Shown piece after piece: positions 59,148 through 64,000 of a DNA stretch of 64,000 nucleotides. Position 1 is the stretch's first letter. Each line of letters begins with the position of its first letter. Source of the stretch: Basidiobolus meristosporus CBS 931.73 (taxonomy: Eukaryota; Fungi; Basidiobolomycota); contig MCFE01000014.1 in the NCBI GenBank assembly GCA_002104905.1, positions 1-64,000 on the forward strand, given 5' to 3'. Under the pieces are notes generated by a model. It made no database searches. It saw nothing but the letters and a program-made list of their open reading frames with translations, and had not been told where the DNA came from. A program made the position numbers and the translations under genes.

Positions 59148-62100
59148 ATGAACTCTGATGAATTCATTGATTTTCCTTTCCCTCAAGGAATAGAATCAGA
59201 AGGTCCCTTCAACATGGTAGAGAAGCAATTGGACGAACCTAACCGCGAGCCCGAAAATATCCAGGCAATTGAGATGCCTGATAAAAACAAACTCGATAAC
59301 ATCTCCAGAGAGGGTATTGTTTCTCATCCTCCTAAATTTGGAGAGGACTCTCGAAACACTAGAGGCGATGATTTTAGTTTCCAGCCCACACCGCCCGTTG
59401 ATATCAATCATGTCGACGTGCATTCTGCCAGCTTCCCGACGATAGAGAGTGAGCCCATACAAGGAACTATTGCTTCTGAATACACACCTAGAGATTTAGG
59501 AAATTTTACCCCCTCGCCAAATCACAATGCTGCCTTCAACTTGATGCAATCAAGAGTTCTTAGCGATAGTTCCGAAGATTTCCAATTCCCCGTACCAACA
59601 ACTTCATACATTTCTAATCACAAAGGCTATGACTCAGCCAATTCCACCGATTCAAGAGCGTTCGACTCCACTCTATCAACGACGCATAGTACACCAACTC
59701 CCCATAGAAGTATAAACGATTACCAAGTCGTTTCCGAAAGTCCCAGCATTTTTGAGATATCTGACAACTCACTCTCGCACAACTCAACCCCTTCACGGGG
59801 TTATACTTATCCTTATGTAAATACCAACGGAGAAACTTCTGCCGGAGAGTACAGTGATGATTATGCCAAAGCTTTGGTAGATCTAACCCCGAGCTTACGT
59901 GCTGACAACATGGTGAATGACAGAAAGATGCAAAAACGTCGCCGCGAGGAAAGCCCTGATCAGGTCCAATACAACGCGGGTGGTGGAAGATCTAAGAGCA
60001 ATACCCAAGTCATTGACCTGACCGATGACACAGATGTCCCGGAGGTAATGCCATATCCGACAACAAGCAAGCGTCAAAGAGTGAGTATAATCAAGAATCA
60101 CAAGTAATCTATTTAGTGCCAAAGACTCAACATAGCCCAAATACTTGGTAGACCATCGCACATCCTAACCATCATGCAGATGAACACTTTAAGCCAAACC
60201 ACGACTTCCCAACACCGACTACGGTCTCCTCACAAGTAAACAGTGTTGGTTTCTATCTTGATCACGCGACTTCTAACTCCTGTTTCTTGAATCTTGATTT
60301 AGCAGAAGACACCGGTGTTCGTCGATTTGACGGCGTTAGATTCTGACGAGGAAACATTCACTCCTGTCTCGAGAGAGTCTACGGTATACAGAACTCCATT
60401 TAATCACGACAGTGCAGGTGTTTACAGACCAGCAGCCTCCTCTCAATTCACTCAGCATTCAACACTTGACCATAAGCCAAATCCATCTGCACACATGTCG
60501 CAGAACAAATTAATTTATGAGGAAGTATGCTATGGAATGATCAGATGTTTAGTTGTTACTAGCAGAAGGAAGCTGCAACCCAACACTTCTGACGTGATAG
60601 AAATCACTGACGACGACGACGACGACGATGACAACAAACTTGTTCTTTATCGTGACCGATCAAATCGACAAGACCCGAACTGCATCAAAGTGTGTTATAA
60701 GAAAGGTCAGGAGCTGGGATATCTTGAGCGAAGTAGCGCCAATGGTTTGGCTCCGTTAATAGACGCACGTCTTATCCGTACCGAAGGGTACCTGCCGCGC
60801 TTCGGTGCGAATTCTCATGCATTTGTTACAGCCATCAACGTATACTTGTACGGTAGACAGGAAACTGCGCAACTCGTCGGAAAGGGGTTATACGGCTCTG
60901 GATTACATATTTCTGAACCACAGGATTTCGTGCCAACCAGAACCTATATGAACCCTTTCAATAAGCAAGCGTTGCTGGTGGAGAACGTAGTGCCTTCTCA
61001 AACACCGGTCGATGTACTCTATCAATGGCTGGAAACGCCCATCGATCTCCCAGAGTTGGAACCTGATGATAGATTGATTCCTAAATTATACAAGCATCAA
61101 AAACAAGCGCTTTACTTTCTAACTGAGCGCGAAAGAATGGACAAAGCCGACCATGAATCGGGGAAATTCTCCGGTTCCTTATACAAAATAATTAGCGGTA
61201 AGCATGACAAGCAGGTGGTATACAAGCATCTGATAACCAACGAAGAAACGTACGAGAAACCTATTGAGCCTCGTGGCGGCCTGCTGGCTGATGATGTAGG
61301 GAGGATTACTTGACAGGTGTATCTAGTGACCATCACTCACCACGCTTTACTTGTAGATGGGGCTGGGTAAAACCATCTCTGTGATTGCTTTAATATTGAG
61401 TACTCATCGCAGAGTACAGGAGCCCGAGGATTATTTCTCCGAAAATGATCAAGATAGTGATGATGATTTTCAGCCACCAAAATCGAATGCCGAACTTGAG
61501 CTTGTATTGCCCAAACGGATCAATTCGGTACCGCCTGTCGAAGCACCCCGCGACAGAGATCTCGAGGATATGTATGTTCAATCCCAGGCTACGCTGATCA
61601 TTTGCCCGCTGTCTGTTGTCGCCAACTGGGAGGAGCAATTTTCGCTGCATGTCAAGAAGAACACCCTTTCTGTCTACGTTTATCATGGCAACAATCGAAA
61701 TACGAACCCTCGGGTTTTAGCCAAATATGTTGGTGATATCTATTTGATCTCTGTCACTTCAAAAACTAATCCCTCTGCTCACGAAGGATGTTGTGATAAC
61801 CACATACAACGTGTTAGCATTGGAGTATAGTAGGGTACGTAGCTCTCTCATACACGGGGAACGTTCATCCAACTCATAAATGATTCCCTAGAGTGAAAAG
61901 CACGGTACAAAATCGCCGTTACAAGAAGTGTGGTGGCTACGAATTGTACTGGTATGATAGACAGGCTGTTGTATCTTGCCTCGGCAAATGATCTAAGCGA
62001 TACGCTAAACAGGATGAAGCTCACGTAATCAAAGATTACTCTACTATTCAATCGAGAGCCGCGTGTAATCTATCAGCAGAAAGACGTTGGTGTCTGAGGC

Positions 62101-63976
62101 AAGCATATATAACACAAGAGGCTGTAGGTAACATAGGAATAACGTGAGTTTTATACTTGTATAGCGGAACGCCCGTACAGAACAAGATTGATGATCTGTA
62201 CAGCCTGGTTAAGTTTCTACAGATCTCACCATTGTGCGAGTTTCCACTATGGCAGCAGATTTTCTCCCGGCCATTGAAGAACAATGAAAACCTAGCAGTG
62301 CTTCGACTACAAACCTTGATGAAGTGTATCACGTTGAGAAGAGTGAAAACCCAAGAGTGCGATGGAAAACCAATCCTTCAACTTCCACCTAAGCGAGATA
62401 TCTTTGCATGGCTGGAGTTTTCCGAACCGGAGCAGAAGTTGTATGATATGGTGGCCAAAGAGGCCAAAGAGAAAGTGAACAAAATGCTAGATGCAGCAAA
62501 TCCGGTTAGCAGCGAATACCTGTTTATTCCATATATTCTCCAATCTTAATGCCGTGGCACTTTACCAGTTAAAGCAATACATGAACGTCCTACAGTGGAT
62601 CCTTAAGCTTCGACAGATTTGCGCCCATCATGGCCTATGTGACACTTCGGTATTGAATCTTGAGGTGAAAGGTATAGATGACGTCAAGTTGGATCCAAGG
62701 AGCACTGTACTGAGCTCAGATCCCCTCCTGTTCTAGATGATACCCAGTTGAAAGATAAGGCCGGCCTGCTGTTATCGATTCTGCGGGATTCCGGTGATGA
62801 TAAATGCCAATTTTGTTTCCAAGAGGCTGGCGATTTGCCATACCTGACCAAATGCGAGCATATGTAAGTATGGTATGATTGCTGAGCTCGAATGTCAATC
62901 TTATGCTGTGCTTTGTATAATACTAGATTTTGCCAGTCCTGTGCTACAAATCTGATTTTGGAGGATTTTGCCAAAGGGAAAACATGTCGTTTTTGTCCTG
63001 CCTGCGGTCTTGCATTAGCTAAAGCCGATGTAGTCCAAGTCCGAGGAGAGGAGGTACCCATCGAGGTGAGTACTGTACCGAGTCACCGTTGATGTTGCTG
63101 TTCATTTATTGACTTGGCTGTCTTTCTGAAGTCGACTCAGCCATGCAAACTTCGCCCTGGACTTCCGGAGCAAAGTACTAAGATCCAAGCACTAATCCAA
63201 GCACTTCAAACGCCTTCTCTCAACGATGAGGCGAACAAGGAGCACAAACCGGGAAGCATCAAAAGTGTAGTCTTCTCACAGTGGACTGGGATGCTGGACT
63301 TGATTGAGGTAGAGATGTTGTTTGTCCCCCTATTTCATACTCCGTCACTGAAGGATGTGGAAACTTAGGTTGCCTTGAAGGAGAACAACATCCAATTTGC
63401 AAGACTAGATGGTAAAATGACCCGAGTTCAACGATCGCTCAATATCGAGAAGTTTCGTGATAGTTCTCACGTGTCTGTCATATTGGTTTCCCTCAAGGCC
63501 GGTGGTGTTGGGTAAGGCTGTTCCATGAACGCAATATGCTGTCGTACGTTTAACTCTGTCTCTAACTTCCGATCGTTCCTTTCAAGCCTAAACCTAACCT
63601 CGGCACAACGGGTGTTTTTGATGGATCCTTATTGGTAAGCCTAAAGCAAGACCACAGCGACCGAGATTCCTACTAACTTACTGCTTCATGCTAGGAACCC
63701 CGCTGTTGAGAATCAGGCTATCGACCGAGTACATCGTCTGGGCCAGAAGTTCCCGGTGGAGGCGGTTCGGTTTATGATGAAGGTAATACCACATGCGCCC
63801 TTATTTCTCCGCACGTTTCTTATGGCATTGCAATACCCCGATAGAATTCGATCGAAGAAAAGATCTACGCCCTCCAGATGAAGAAAATCCAGTTGACGCA
63901 AATGACATTCCGCGAGAAGCCCGAAAACACAACACCCCAACAACGTCTCGAAGATATTCGATACTTATTCCAGTGA
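59148..63976 (+). CDS. RAD5: RAD5/HLTF-family SNF2 DNA translocase and RING E3 ligase (disordered N-terminus, HIRAN, SNF2_N, RING, Helicase_C), multi-exon
   Basis: HIRAN (LYRDRSNRQDPNCIKV...ELGYL...LAPLID), LYKHQKQAL, GGLLADD|MGLGKT, TLIICPLSVVANWEEQ, RIVL|DEAH, GTPVQNKIDDLYSL, C..C...CEH.FC..C...C..C, VVFSQWTGMLDLI, RLDG, SLKAGGVG, WNPAVENQAIDRVHRLGQ. Confidence 0.93.
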
Positions 63977-64000
63977 GGGGCACCTGTCTAAACCCTGTTT

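Overview
Eukaryotic genomic DNA with short (about 50-70 nt) GT-AG introns; the gene content points to an early-diverging, zygomycete-like fungus (inference, not identified to species). The window has two compartments. (1) An accessory, repeat-rich left part (about 1-30.7 kb): an intronless L-lactate dehydrogenase, a tandem triplet of secreted class-3 lipase genes (two carry the same 1-nt frameshift), a 742-bp foldback palindrome, a full-length but disabled Ty1/copia element (349-bp LTRs, TATAT target duplication, half-tRNA-iMet type PBS) with about nine further solo, nested or decayed LTRs of the same family, and two intronless secreted-protein genes (DUF3472-like; tandem CBM19-like) sitting in a CpG-rich island between two almost CpG-free TE blocks. 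(2) A compact housekeeping right part (30.9-64 kb): U1 snRNA, a forkhead factor, TAD1/ADAT1, a BAG6-like UBL protein, PRI2, an ankyrin protein, a FYVE protein, RPL12, RPN8, RPL23 (with one extra C in the ORF), ATP15, SMD2, NDUFS6, EAPP, TAF6, a HRD1/gp78-type RING E3, an unknown coiled-coil gene and a HIRAN-SNF2-RING helicase with SUMO-interacting-like motifs. The most interesting signals are a direct sequence record of CpG deamination in the LTR family, self-nesting of that family, patchwork homogenisation of the lipase array, the RPL23 CCC-TAA frame break, and the SIM-plus-HIRAN helicase. All alignments, counts and gene models were done by eye.
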